Source: the human T2T-CHM13v2.0 reference genome, Homo sapiens. Taken from it: a DNA stretch of 64,000 nucleotides. The stretch lies in assembly GCF_009914755.1 (NCBI RefSeq), contig NC_060935.1, one strand, 5' to 3'. Of the stretch, positions 17,341-31,741 are shown piece after piece. The notes under the pieces were generated by a model. The model was given only the letters and a program-made list of their open reading frames with translations, made no database searches and was not told the origin of the DNA. Positions within the stretch are counted from its first letter, which is position 1; each line of letters opens with the position of its first letter. The position numbers and the translations under genes were made by a program.

Positions 17341-19202
17341 AATGGTCAAATATGGTGAATTTGGTGAGTCAAAAGATGTCTTAAGAATAGAGTTCCTAAT
17401 ACTTAGGGAAGAGGTGATTGAAAAGACTAGACATGCCGAATGGACAAGGCCTTTCCTCTTCTGGATTTAGTATAAAGCTCTTGCTTAGATCTGATCCTGC
17501 AGGTATCAGGAAACTACCAGTGATCATAAACACAGTTATGATAGAAAACATCTTCCTAATATAAATTTGATCACCATTTTTTCTCTGTATACATATACTA
17601 GCTTAAATGTCCATATTTGTCATTTCATAAATATTTTGCTGACAACTTAGAAATATTTATGAAATGACAAGTATGGAAATTTGGACTTTTGTCAGAATGC
17701 AGAAAGACAGAAGAAAGTGAGACAGTTAAGCTGCTATAATATCCAGGAAAATGGTGATTATTCAGCCAGATTAGTTTCACTGGGATCTAAAAGGAAGGAA
17801 TAGTTTAAAGATAGTCGATTTGGAGAATATGTTACAAGTAAAAGGATATACAAAGTTGTCTTAGTTTTTTGGTATTTCACAGATAACAGGAAAGGAAGGG
17901 AGGCACTAGCCAACAAGTGCTGAATGGTGAGCTTTGGGGAGATGTGGGGGAATTAGAGTTTGGTTTGCAATATAGATTTAATATCTTGCAGAGTCACCAT
18001 GTGAGATGCTTAGGAGATAAATGGAGATGTAGTCCTGTTTTAAGGAGAGAAGTTGGAAAGAAAGTGTAGCCTGAAAGTGCTATGTGAGTTTATTAGAACA
18101 GATGAGCTCACACACTGCACTTTGACCTCCATGGAATAACATGATTAACCCTGGGGTTCTGGAAGTTTATGATGCTCTGCCTGACCCTTCAGGGGATGCG
18201 CCTCAAGATATGTCAGCCTCCACCTTCTGCCCCCAATGTGGGAGTACTTCAGAGTACTTGGCCCTATCATAACAAGTTTCATAGTAGGAGGGCTGAAGAA
18301 GAGATATTTAAGAGGAAAGTTCCTTCTAATTGAGTTTATGGCCACAGGACTGTTTTGAAGGTAGGGCCAGAATAAAACATGCAAGCTTTAAGCAGCTTAT
18401 AAAGTGAAAGTAGAGTTGGTAAAGAAGCAGATTAACAAAATTGAATGTGTCTGGTAAACTACTATCTTGTTTACCAGTTCTTAATATCAAGAACTATTGA
18501 CTACTTCCTTTAAGCCAGTTCATCTTCATAGGAAATAAATTTCATCATTAAGCACATTTAAAGAACCTGTTTTGGGCCCCAAAGGCATTTCTAGAAAAGA
18601 AATACAGAAAATATTGGTTCTATGACCGCACTAGAGGAATATGCAACCAGCCTTCTAAGAGGATGGTTTTGAAAATACCTCATTTGTTTGAGTTTGGCTT
18701 TTATGGTGTATTTGTTAACAGATCTGTCAGACTGGAAAACTCACCTCTAAGAATAAGTAGAAGTGGATTTTAAACTTGTTTCTAATATAATTTTAAATTT
18801 CTACATAAAATTATTCTCCTTTCTTCAGTTTTTAGTCTGAGAAGACACTCTGGAGTGGGAGACTTTTAGGTTTAACAAATGAAAAAAAAAGATTGTTTAG
18901 GCCAAAGGGAAAATAGTGGCTAATGAAATAGCCATAAGCAGTAAGCAGAGATCAACTCAGAAACTTTCTCTTTTTGAATAAAAATAGAATAAAGTGCTAT
19001 ATCATTTTATTCAAGCCCAAAAGCTCAGGAAACAGAAGGAAATAGAGCTCCTAAAATGAATGGAGTTTGTTTCATAGCCTAAGAAAGGGTTATGAGGTAG
19101 CTCTTCTTTCTCAAGCCCACACTTACTAGGGACTTTATAAGTAATGATCAAATGAACAATGCTTCTTACTCCTAGGGTGGACAACTACTGCCTGGAATCT
19201 CT

Positions 19203-20154
19203 ATGTTCTCCTGCAACACCAGCACTTCTGGTCAGTCTACCTTCCTCCTCACTGGTTTTCCAGGCCTGGAAGCCTCTCATCATTGGGTTTCCATCCCCAT
19301 CAACCTCTTCTGTGTGGTTTCCATCCTGGGTAATAATATCATCCTCTTCCTGATCCACACAGATCCAGCCTTACATGAACCCATGTATATCTTCCTGTCC
19401 ATGTTGGCAGCCTCTGATCTGGGCCTCTGTGCCTCTACCTTCCCCACTATGGTGCGTCTCTTCTGGCTGGGAGCTCGTGAGCTGCCCTTTGATCTCTGTG
19501 CAGCACAGATGTTCTTCATCCATACCTTCACCTATGTGGAGTCCGGTGTACTGCTGGCCATGGCCTTCGATCGCTTTATTGCCATCCGGGACCCTCTGCA
19601 TTATGCCATAATCATTACCTGCTCAGTCACAGCCGAGGTGGGAACTGCCATTCTGGTGAGGGCTGTTCTGCTCAACCTCCCGGGACCTATCCTCCTGCAG
19701 CAGCTGCTCTTTCCCAAGATCAGCGCTCTCTGTCACTGCTACTGCCTGCACTGTGACCTTGTGGGGTTGGCCTGCTCAGACACCCAGATCAATAGCCTGG
19801 TTGGCCTGGTTTCCATCCTCTTCTCACTGTGCCTTGACTCCTTCCTCATCATGCTTTCATATGCCCTGATCCTATGAACTGTGCTGGGCATTGCATCACC
19901 TGGGGAGCGGCTCAAGGCACTCAACACGTGTGTCTCACACCTCTGCATTGTTCTCATCTTTTATTTGCCCAAACGGGCTGTCTGTCTTGCACCGAGTAAA
20001 GAAGCATGACTACCCTGCTCTGGCAGTGCTCATGGCCAACCTACACTTCTTGGTCCCACCCTTCATGAACCCCATTGTGTATTGCATCAAGTCTAGGCAG
20101 ATCCGTCAGAGCCTCCTAAAGCACTTCCAGCAGAAGAGGATTGATGCTTTCTAG
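19203..20154 (+). pseudogene. OR51R1P: Olfactory receptor family 51 pseudogene (probably OR51R1P)
   Basis: Class I OR motifs [37 protein letters not shown] and PPFMNPIVY. In-frame TGA at 19875-19877 and a frameshift near 19972. Splice acceptor cttcttactcctag ends at 19175. The symbol comes from recalled gene order next to OR52K2 and is less certain than the family call. Confidence 0.85.
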
Positions 20155-23100
20155 AATAGCAGAAGGACCCTGACACATGACCCTGAGATTTGGGGTAGGG
20201 GAGGAGTGGTTGCGGAGAGTTAATTTTTGAGGTTTTTGAGTGATTCAGCTGTGTTACAGTTTTTGGAGACTAAAAGTGTTGTAAGCCTTATTCAAGTATC
20301 ACCTTGATAATCTTCTCATTGCTCTGATTAGAGCTGAACTATCTCAAACTCATATATGCTGTAATATCTTCTTATCCAGAGGGCTTAACCAAACCGAGAG
20401 AATGTGTGTGTGTATCTACCTGTACAGGCACCTCTCTCCTTCCCTCCCCTCCCCTGGATTTTTCTTTCTCATTTGATTTATAAGCCTAAGGAAGAGCTAT
20501 AGTAAACTATATTCACCTTAATACTGGCCTTCTTTTCCCAAATTTAATTTTAACCAGCTCATATAACAAGAATCAGAAAAAGGGTGGTGGGTGGTAGGGA
20601 AACATGTATGGCAACAGTGTACATGCCAAATTTATTTGCAGTTATTTACAGATTAAGGAGTGGTAGTTTCCTCTTGATTCTTTATGCATTTCTGATCGTG
20701 CATTACAGAAAGTTTGGCATTGCCAAGCCTAGGGAAGTTGCTCACTATAATTTCTGGATAGTGCTAGTTTCTCAGGTACCAATGATAAGGGTGGACTAGT
20801 AGTCCACTTTCACAGTTGATGATCTGCTAGGATGTCAGCTCCATGAGTCCAGGGATGCAGGGCTATTTTGTGCACTGATATATTCCCAGCTCCAAGTTCA
20901 ATGTCTATCATACAGTAGGTGCTCAATACATATTGTAGAATAAATGGGTAGGGTAGATGCAGGAGCAAAAAATTCTTGACAGTGGATCCTCAGGAAGGTA
21001 GGGGACTGAGCCATCTGAATGTCTGAGGCCTGTGGGGATAACACGCAGTTGATAAACTAGAATGGAATGAGATAAAGATGGATGTCAGAGAGACTGGGGA
21101 CAAGGTGTAATTCTCTATAACACATGGTCGAAGACTTTCTCTAAGGATGCAGCTCAGAGAGGAGAGCTGTGTTTATTGTGGTGCTTTTTCCAAAGCTGCT
21201 TCCAAACTTCTAGAAGGAAGTTTACCCAGAAACTGAAGGATGTCTCACTTCAGCACTATCATATCCCTTGGCCTGCTCAGTTCTAAAATATTTGTAAGTT
21301 TCTTGAAGAATTGAAATAGGGATATTCCTAGTGGAAAACCACTCGAATTTAAAAGAAGTGATGATAGAGCTGTTAGAAGGTACAGTGTCTATTTCTATGG
21401 CCATCCAGACAAATGGGAATTTAATGATTGTGGTCATTTTTGTGTGTAATTTTAATGAATTCAGACAAGAGAGAATGAGGAATTTGGAGGCAAGAAGGCA
21501 GGGTGGGAGCTGTGAATCCTGTGCAAGCAGCTCTAGTTGGAATGGTTGTTTCCCCTGCTGGATTGTATTTCATTGGCCGTTGTAGTATGGGTTCCAAGGA
21601 ACTCAGGGTCCTGTGCCTATCAGAAACTAGGAGGCCACTGCCAATGCAGATAGATATATCTGAAGTCACAGATCCTGCCCATAGAGCTCAAGTAACAAGG
21701 ATAGCAAATCATGAATTTAAAGTTATCATGGTATCTAGTAGTAGCCAACAAAAAGTTTCATTATATCCAGTTTGACCAGCCACTTTGGAAAAGGAGGTCA
21801 CTTGAAAAGATATCTTGTACATTTACACAGCAAGGTTTTTTTTTTTTTTTATCAGGGCCACAGATCTTAAGCTGAATAAGCAAGAGTGTTATTCAGGCCC
21901 TTCTGTCTGCTTCACTTACCACCCCAATAACAAAGTTTCTGATCAGGGAGCCAGCATGTCCATCTCACTGAGGTTCCCTCCAACCTCTATCAGAAACCTT
22001 AGGCTGATATGATGGTATTCAAGACCACAGGCATCCTTCACAGTTAAAAGAATACAGAGCCCTGAGCTCAGGCTGGACAATTCCCATTCAGAGGATTACC
22101 AGAATAAAGCTTGGATATTAGATATCCGATCTAGCATTGTAGGGATCTTGGGCGTTGTCATATTTGTCTTTTATCCACAACAGCTCTGAGCTTGGACACT
22201 GCTCCCACCCACCCTTAATCTCTATCCCCATGCATGACCATTTTCCTTGCTGGCCATTTCATGACTGCATTGACCTCAAGAGCTGGAAGGGATATGGGGG
22301 TCTATGCCTCTACAACTTTACTTTCAGTGTGCAGGCATCTCGGCATGTCTCATAATGCCTTCTTTTGCCTCACAGGCCAAATAGCTACAGTACTGTAGTA
22401 TCTGAGAGTGACACAAAGGGAGTCCTGAGATGGTCTCTAAAAAGCTTTGCTACTAGTTTACCCAGTTAAAGATTATTAGGGTATGATATACAGTGGATTT
22501 TAGATTTCGGAATTTTTTTTTTAAAACGTCAGTGTATATAAATCTAAAGCTCCTGCTCTAAATTCTTATGCTAATCAGACTGCCACCCACCCATGCAGAA
22601 AACCTCAGTTAAAAAAATCTCAGCTCCAGCCCATACCAACTGTGTGATCTTAAGTTAGTCACTTTCTCTCTCTGAGTCTCCATTTTCTCATCGTTATAAT
22701 GTGGGGATACTTACCTCATAGAGAGGTTGTGAGGATTTAAATACAAATATATATAAAGCACTAAAACCGACAGAGAACCCATTTTATGTATGTTTGTGTG
22801 GTTATTTGATTAGTGCCCATCTTGCCTGTTCACTGCAAACACGATGACGATGTTTGTTTTTCCTGAGTTGTCTAACTCTAGTGCTTAACATGGCCCTGAG
22901 AATGGTAAGCCATTTATGTGTTAAATGAATGAATAAATGAAAGACTGAATTCCTCAAAAATGGTAAAGGCAATTGATTGTATAATTTTTTGTTGAGCTCA
23001 ATAGATGGGAGCACATATTAATGTAATTATTATATGTAATTATATACTTTGTATAAGGTAACTTTGATTTTGGGAGGAAAAAGCCAATTGTGTGGTTGGT

Positions 23101-23834
23101 TGCAAATGCAAATATTTTGTTCACGGTTACACTGCTCTATAGAAGCCCTGGGTTTATTAATTCATAACTGAACCTCTCAAGGACTTTAGGTTCCAAAGGG
23201 AAGATCCAAATCTGGTCTAAGAAGTTCCATGTATATAATTCCAGCTACCAACGCTTGTCCTGGGTTAACTGGACAGTATATGCTGAGTCTGCAACACTCT
23301 AGAGCTGAGTGGGGTCTTTGGTGACTGGGAATGAGTGACTGACTCACCTTATATATTTTTGGATCAAGGAAAAGTTTTTTGCATACACTTATGCTAGGCC
23401 TGGCTACTAACAATGGATTGGAGGGGAGGATGGTCCTAGACAAGAGGAGGAAGAGGAGAAGGCTTATAAAAATCAGGATGCATGTCCCAAGTTCTTCAAA
23501 GCCAAGTCTTCCCGAGAATGGCCTACATTGTTCATGGATTGGCCATGGAAAAAATGATTTCCTAATAGTCCTCTGTAAAACAGAGCTATTTTTCCCTTTA
23601 CAGAGAAAAAAAAAGGAAACCTACAGTGACTGATTCAATGAGCAATTGCTGTGAATTCACTCAGAGTGATGTGAAGTTATGATGAATGCAAATTTATTTA
23701 TATTGGAATGCTTTGTGGATTAGAAGAATATAAGGAAAAATGCCCCTTTGAGTAAAGTTATGTCCTACCACTTCCTTCCATGGACCAGTATAAGAGAATA
23801 CTTTTGAGGGAGATAGGACAGAAGTCAGTCGAAT

Positions 23835-24085
23835 TTTTAAATTTTATTTTTTATTTTTGTGGGTACACAGGTGTTTATTATTTATGAGAAATAAAATGTT
23901 TTGATATAGGTATGCAATGTGAAATAAGCACATCATGAAGAATGGGGTATCCGTCCCCTCAGGCATTTATCCATTGAGTTGCAAAAAATCCAATTACACT
24001 CTTTTAGTTATTCTAAAATGTACAGTTATTGACTATAGTCACCCTGTTGTGCTATCAAATAGTAGGTCTTATTCATGCTTTTTAA
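23835..24085 (-). mobile_element. L1MA-type 3' end fragment
   Basis: T-rich head, then gcacatcatgaagaatggggtatcc and gactatagtcaccctgttgtgctatcaaata. Confidence 0.7.
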
Positions 24086-24279
24086 CTCACCTACGACAAA
24101 AACTCAAAAGAATTTTACTCACAACTTGGAAAGAAATAATTTTCTATACTTGCACCAGTTCTTTCCTTGACCGTCTCTTGTGTTCATACCAATCAGGTGT
24201 TTGGCCCTATAGCTCCACTGAAATGGCTTTTGTCAATGTTCCAATGAACTATATATTGCCAGTTCCATTTGTTAATACG

Positions 24280-24650
24280 TGTATTAGTCTGTTCTCATGC
24301 TGCTATGAAGAAATACCTGAGACTGGGTGATTTATAAAGAAGTTTGATTGTCTGACAGTTCCACATGTCTGGGGAGGCCTCAGGAAACTTACAATCATGG
24401 TGGAAGGGGAAACAAATACGTCCTTCCCATGATGGCAAGAGAGAAAACTGCCAAGTGAAGGGGGAAAAAGCTCCTTATAAAACCATCAGATCTCGTGAGA
24501 ACTTACTTACTGTAATGAAAACAGCATGGAGGAACCACCCCCATGATCTAATCACCTCCTGCAAGATCCCTCCCCCAACACATGGTGATTATAATTCGGA
24601 TTACAATTCAAGGTGAAATTTGGGTGGGGACACAGAGTCAGACCACATCA
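24280..24650 (-). mobile_element. MaLR solo LTR (THE1/MST type)
   Basis: tgtattagtctgttctcatgctgct...gggtggggacacagagtcagaccacatca, with near-TSD ATACG/ATACC. Confidence 0.85.
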
Positions 24651-25009
24651 ATACCCAATCCATTGCTATAGCTGTAGCATTTGACACTGTTGATCACTCC
24701 CAACACCACTACTTCTCCAAGATTTTGTACTTCTGCTTTCCCCTGTTACCTCACTTTTTTTCATTCTCAAACTCTTTAGCTGTTTCCTCATGGTACCAAA
24801 CTCAGTTTGTGTTAACTTGGATCCATATACTTGCCTTGATGGCTACCTGGGCAGCCAGAGGCCCCTAGGTGTTGCTTGTGCTACTGTTGCGATTGCAGAG
24901 CCAAACTGCTCTTGTTACTGCTTCTGTATTTGCCCCAGGCTACAGGTCCAGTTGCAGTGACTGTTCTCAGTCTCTCATATGGTTCCTGACACATCCTAAC
25001 ATTGCTGTA

Positions 25010-25316
25010 TGATGTAGTTTGTCTGTGTCCCCACCCAAATCTCATCTCAAATTGTAATCCCCATGTGTTGAGGGAAGGACCTGGTGGAAGGTGATTAGAT
25101 CATGGAGGCAGTTTCCCCCATGCTATTCTCATGATAGTGCTCTCTCTCCTGCTTTCTTGTGAAGAAGGTACCTGCTTCCCCTTTGCCTTCCACCATGATT
25201 GTAAGTTTCCTGAGGCCTCCTCAGCCACGCAGAACTGTGAGTCAATTAAACTTTCTTTTATAAATTACCCAGTCACTGGTGGTATCTTTATAACATTGTG
25301 AGAATGAGTGAATACA
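25010..25316 (+). mobile_element. MaLR solo LTR (THE1/MST type)
   Basis: tgatgtagtttgtctgtgtccccacccaaatctcatc...aataca, with 5-bp TSD CTGTA on both sides. Confidence 0.85.
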
Positions 25317-25356
25317 CTGTACCTCATGCCTTTGCTGGTATTGTTGCATGTCTGTC

Positions 25357-25722
25357 TGTATTAGTCAGCTCAGGCTGCTGTAACAAAATACCATAGACTT
25401 TGTGACTTAAACAGTTGAAATTTGTGTTCTCACAGTTCTGGAGGCTGGAAATCTGAGTCTGTGATTTGCCAGAATGGGTTCTTTTCCTGGCTTGCAGATG
25501 GTCACCTTCTCACCATGTCCTCATGTGGTGGGGAGAAAGCACCAGCAAGCTTTCTGGTGTCTCTTTTTATAAGGACAGTAATCCCATCATGAAGTCCCTA
25601 CTATCATGACCTCATCTGACCCTAATTACTTTGCTAAAGGCCCTGTCTTCAAATACAGTCACATACATTGGGAGTAAGGGCTTTCACACATGAATTTTGT
25701 GTGAAACTTTCAGTTTGTAACA
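25357..25722 (-). mobile_element. MaLR LTR (MLT1A-like)
   Basis: tgtattagtcagctcaggctgctgtaacaaaataccataga...ctcacagttctggaggctggaa. Confidence 0.75.
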
Positions 25723-25789
25723 CCCTTTAGCTTTAACAGCTTCCCTGTTGCTTCTGAGGAATGAAATATTATGGCTTTGCTTGGTCACT

Positions 25790-26800
25790 GACACATTTGT
25801 AACTTGGAAGTGCAAGGGAATTAATTCACCATAGGTGTGGACTTTAACTAATGGAAGATAAGGAATCATTGGATAAATTGCGTTTCTTTTCCCCCCGATA
25901 TGGTCTGTGTTGAGGTGTAGCAGCTCCAGAGAGCCCTTTGGAAGACATCTGGGGCACTGAGCAGTCAGCTTGTGGCTAAGTTGGTGGCAGCTCAATAATG
26001 CATTCCTTCCCTGCCTCACTCCCTTTTTCTCTCACTCTTGGAAAGATAATACACTCTCCAGTATAATGCTTGCACGTGTGGTTTTGTCTCAGGCTCTGTT
26101 TTCTAGAGAATCCAAGCTAAGAAGAACAATATGAGGAATGGTCCTTGAAAGAAAACTCTCATGGTAGGATTTGTCATTTGACTGTCTACCAGTCTGAAAG
26201 CAACAGGGATCACACTGCTGATGGTAAACAGAGTAGTGAAAACATCTGTCACAGTGATGTACATTTACTAAAGATGTCCTACTGTTAATTGGGATGAGGT
26301 AAAGGTGGAAGGAGATGGAAGAATGAATGCTTGATCAGCCTGGGAATATGGTAATATTATGGATTGTGGTGTGGGTGGCTGATTTTGATGGCATTTGGAG
26401 CATTGCAAAAAGAAAATAAGCTCATGCCATTCAACTCCCTTAACTTAAAACATGATGCTAAAGGCAGTCCTCCACAGTAGCTTCAAAAGAGACTAATTTC
26501 CTGAAGCCAGAGGACAGACTGATGAAAAATCAGGCCCAGAATATGATATTAAGGGCAACAGAAATATATGGAAGACTGAATGTGCAGCCTCCATAGGTCA
26601 TCTATGTCAAAACAAATTCCATAGTAGAGAAAATATGAGAGTTTAAGAGCTGGAAATGAGACATTTGGGTATATGAGCCTAACACAATGGATTTTATATT
26701 TTCTCTGAACTTTCTAGGCTTGCAGAAGCACCATCTTCCCAATGACAAAAGAGAATAGTTTCTCTTTGCTTGAAAATCATGAAATGACCTCATCGAAGCT
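25790..26800 (+). mobile_element. Very old ERVL-class LTR and internal remnant (LTR16/LTR33-like)
   Basis: Ends in ctcaggctctgttttctagagaatccaagctaaga followed by degenerate internal-like sequence. Weak recognition. Confidence 0.45.
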
Positions 26801-27535
26801 AACTTACCACCTTAAGTAGAAATAGAAGAACAAATTAAATGTAAACAGATGAGAGGAGATTCAGAAAAGGGAACAGCAGAAAGCAAAGAAAAATGGACAC
26901 AAAAATTTTAAAAGCCATAATTTGGTTCTAAAAATTAACAAAATGGATACACCTTCCTGCACAAACTAGCATTACAGAACAGGACAAGGCACACACAAAT
27001 AACCAAGAATTAAAAGACATGACAAGTCCTATAGAAATGAAAGGATAATAAGGGGATATTATGAACATTTATACTAACATTGGTATATTATTTTGACAGT
27101 TATATTTAGAGGAAACTTTGGAGCAAATAGAAAAATTTTGAAAATACAAACCTTAATAAATCTCTATCCATTAAAAATTGAACATGAAATAAAAAGAAAC
27201 CCCCCTTCACACCCAGGTTTCTTTCATGCAGAATTCTATCAAATATTTAAAAAAATAAAATAAATGTTACATGAATATTATCAGAAAATAGAGTATAACA
27301 GATTAGTTTCCAGTATATTTTTGTGAGACAAGCAAAACCCTGATATAAAAACCTGATATGGAATTACAAGAAAATTAAAAGAGCAATACCTATCATGAAC
27401 ATAAACGTAACTATCCTTATGAAAATATTAGTAAACTGAATCCAGCAATATATAAATATGATGATACATCATGACCAAGTGGGATTTATTCCAGGAATGC
27501 AAGGTAGCTTAACATTTAAAAATAAGCAGTATTTT

Positions 27536-27940
<405 letters not shown>

Positions 27941-29399
27941 TCAATAGGTGTGTACTTTTTCAACATGGCATCTGTGAGAAGTGTATCGTGAACGTATTTC
28001 ATCATGAAAGACTGAAAACTATCCTCCAGACTTCAGAAACAAGCCCGTGGATATAGGCATATGTCCAAACTCAAACTGTCTACACAAAATAGGTACAAGT
28101 TTTTGCATATCAATTATACCTCACAATAACGCTGTTAATATAAGAGTGAGAGACCATAGCAGGCATTAGGATGTGAACATATTGAAACTCTCCTACACTT
28201 CTGGTATGAGAAAAGTAAAATTGTGCAGCTGCTCTAGAATAACTTTGGCAGTTCCTCAAATGGTTAAACAGAGTTACCACATGACCAGTAAATGTACTTC
28301 TAGGTATATTCCCAAGAGAAATGAAAACATATGTCCACACAAACAGTTGTACACGATGTTATAGTCACATTATCTGTAATCGCCAAAAGGTGGAAACAAC
28401 CTAAATATCTGTCAGCTCATCAATAGATAAACAAAATGTGGTATATATTCATACAATGGAATATTATTCAGCTAGAAAAAGGAATGACATACTGATATGC
28501 TACAACATGGATGAACCTACAAAGCATTATGCTAAGTGAAAGCAGTCAGTCCCAAAGTACCATACATTATGTTTTCATTCATATGAAAGTCTGGAGTAGG
28601 GAAATCTAGAGAGGCAGGAGGAAGCAGACTAGTGGTTTCTTAGGGCTGGTGGGGCAGGAGAATATGAGGGTGATAACTATAGGGTATGAGGTTTGGTTTT
28701 GAGGTAAGGAAAATGTTTTAAAATTTACTGTGGTGACAGTTGCATGTATCTGTGGATATGCTAGAAACCACTGAACTGCACACTTTAAATGGGTGAACTG
28801 TATAATATTTGAATCATCTCAATAGAGGTGTTAACAAAAGAAAAATATCAGAAACAAGACAAGGATGTCTGCTTTACTAGTTTTATTCAACGATATATTG
28901 GAGTTCCTAGCCATTACAATAAAATTTAAAAAATTAAATATCAAACAATCAAAACTCTAGCAATTTTTGTAGAAATGAACAAATTGATTTTAAAATATAT
29001 ATGGGAATACGAAGAACCCAGAATAATAAGACCCACTGTGGAAGTGTAGTGTTAGAAGACTTACACTACTCCATTTTGAGACTTACTATTAATACTATTA
29101 TTAAGAAAGTATAGCATTGACACTTTCTTGATCACTTTCTTGATCCAGTTGCCAAGGCAAGTCAATTTGGAAAAGAAAATCTTTAACAAATAATTCTGAA
29201 ACAATGGAATATTCATGTGAAAAATAAATCTTCAACTCTAGGTTATAACATACACAATTTTTATTCATGTTGGATCATAGGCCTCAAATTAAAAGCTAAA
29301 TCCATAAAACAAAGCACTAACCATGAATGAAATTGATTATTTGGACTTCATCATAACTAAAAATTTCCTGTAATCAAAAGATACTAGTAAGAAAATGGA

Positions 29400-29717
29400 G
29401 GTCAGGAGCTGTGGGTCATGCCTGTAATCCCAGCACTTGGAAGGCTGAGGTGGTTGGATCACTTGAGCCCTGGAGTTTGAGACCAGCCTGGGGAACGTGG
29501 CAAAACCGCATCTCTACAAAAAAAAAAAAAAAAAGAAAGAAAGAAAGAATAGCTGGGTGTGGTGGCTCATGCCTGTAGTCCCAGCTACTTGGGAAGCTGA
29601 GGTGGGAGGATTACTTGGAGCCTGGGAGGTTGAGGTTGTAGTGAGCCAAGGTCGCACCAACTGCACTCCCACCAGGGTAACAGAGTGAGACCCTGTATCA
29701 AAAAATTAAAAAAAAAA
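29400..29717 (+). mobile_element. Alu (AluJ-like)
   Basis: Dimer with cttgagccc..gagtttgagacc, an expanded middle A-tract and agaccctgt before the tail. Confidence 0.9.
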
Positions 29718-30463
29718 TCAAAAGGCAAGTCACAAAATTGAATAAAATATTTTCACTATGTATGTCTGGCAAATGACTTAAATCCAGAATATATAAACAG
29801 CTAGTACAAATCAACAAAATAAAAAATTTATTAGAAGTGGGCAAAAGACTTTAACAAACATTCTACAGAAGGCACATGCATGAACAGAAAACATGTGAGA
29901 AGTTGCTCAACATCAGAGAAATGCAAATTAAAATCACAAGTTACTAGCTTACTTTTAGTCAATGGACTGGCTAAAATGAAAAAAAGAATGACAATATTAA
30001 GGACTGACCAGGATGTAGAACAGCTGGGAACTGTTATACATCACTGGTGAGATTAGAAAATGGTGTGATTATTTTGGAAAAGCAGGTTCTATTAACCTCT
30101 GACCCAGCCATTTCACTGCTAGGTTAAGAAATATTCATAGCAGTTTTATTCATAATAGTAAAATATGGGAAACTCAGGTATCCAGAAGTAAACTTTGATA
30201 TGTTCATACAATGGAAAATTACTTAGCAATAAGAAGAAATTAACAGTTGATGGACACAACATGAATCTCAAAAACATTATGTTGAGCCAAAGAAGTCGGA
30301 CAAAGTATACATATTGTATAATTCCATTTATGTGAATTTCTAGAGTGGTAAATTAAATTTAATCCAAGGTGATCAAAAATTAAACAGTAGAACAATGGTT
30401 ATCTCCATGAAGGGTCGAGGTATTGCTGGGAAGGAGCACAAGGGAATCTTTTGTGATTGTGAA

Positions 30464-30748
30464 TTTTTTTTTTTTTTTTTTTTGAGACAAGATCTCACTC
30501 TGTCACCCAGGCTGTAGAGCAGTGGTGCAATCACAGCTCACTGCAGCCTCAACTCAGCCAGGCTCAAGCGATCCTCCCACCTCTCAGCCTCCTGAGTAGC
30601 TGGGACTACAGGCTAATTTTTGTATTTTTTTGTAGACGAAGTCTTGCTATATTGTCCAGGCTGATCTCGAACTGTGGGGCTCAAGCAATCTGTTGGCCTG
30701 AATCTCCCAAACTGCTGGGATTACAGGCATGAGCCACTATGCCCAGCT
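30464..30748 (-). mobile_element. Alu (AluJ-like)
   Basis: Poly-T, then gagacaagatctcactctgtcacccaggctg and ggctcaagcgatcctcccacct. Confidence 0.9.
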
Positions 30749-31510
30749 GATACTTTGCATCTTGATTAAGATGGTGTGTATACTGACGTGTATGTATTTA
30801 TCAGAGATGTATTTTATGTAAATTATACCTCATTTAAAAAAAAGAGCTTTGGAAAAAATAATCCAGCCATAGCCAATATAGTCCCAAATAGGATGTAGTA
30901 AGTTTTCTTGACTTCCCCTACAGTTTGAGTTAAGGACCCTGGAGAATAGAATTTACTGGCTAATCTGTGGCCTCTGTCTGACAACCTGGGGTGTCTGTGG
31001 GCAAATTAAGACTACTAAACTCGTTTGTGGTGAGACCTGGGGTGAAGGAAGAATTATTTGGATGGCTTCAGGTTGAGTAATAGGAGAGTCACTGAGAGTA
31101 CATAGGGGAGTTTTGCTGGGGTCCCATATTCAAGTTGTCAAAAATTTATCTTCCTGAATCACTGTATGTCCAACACCTAGAATAGCATTTGGCATATTTC
31201 ATGTTCTCAGAAATGTCAGTGATGTTAGGAAAATTATCCTCTCACCCTTGGATCAGACTTTTACTACATTCTTGGTCTTTCCCTGGAACTTTGATGCTTA
31301 GTGGAATCTGCACAAGGCCACTCCCAGGGCATAGAAGGAAATACTTAGGATGTCATCTCGCATCAGGCTTTGCTCTTGCAACTTACACCCAGGCGTGGCC
31401 TTACCTGCATACAGAGATGGGGTGAGATGAGGTGTGGCCTGGGGCCTCATTTCTTCTGAGCAAGTTGGTGTTCTTACACCCACGGTCTCTGTGTTTACCC
31501 TAATCATATT

Positions 31511-31741
31511 AGTTTGACCTTTGAACGACATGGGTTTGAAATATGCAGGTCCACTTATAGGCAGATTATTTTTAACCAAACACAGATAAAAATATCAGAA
31601 TTGCAGGATATAAAATCTGAAAATAAGGAGAGCCAACTTTTTGTATATTTCTGTTCTTAGGTCTCACTTGGAATATGCACAGATTTTGGTTTATATGGGG
31701 TTCCTGGAACCAATCCTCCCGCATATACGGAGGGACAACTG
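31511..31741. mobile_element. Tigger-type DNA transposon fossil (Tigger4/MER46-like)
   Basis: Degenerate terminal inverted repeats (agtttgacctttgaac ... gagggacaactg) and internal cctggaaccaatcc. Confidence 0.65.

Noticed and set aside
19280-19957. Antisense and alternative-frame ORFs over OR genes (also 33137-33397 and 50334-50717)
   Set aside because: Shadow frames of OR coding sequence with no independent support.
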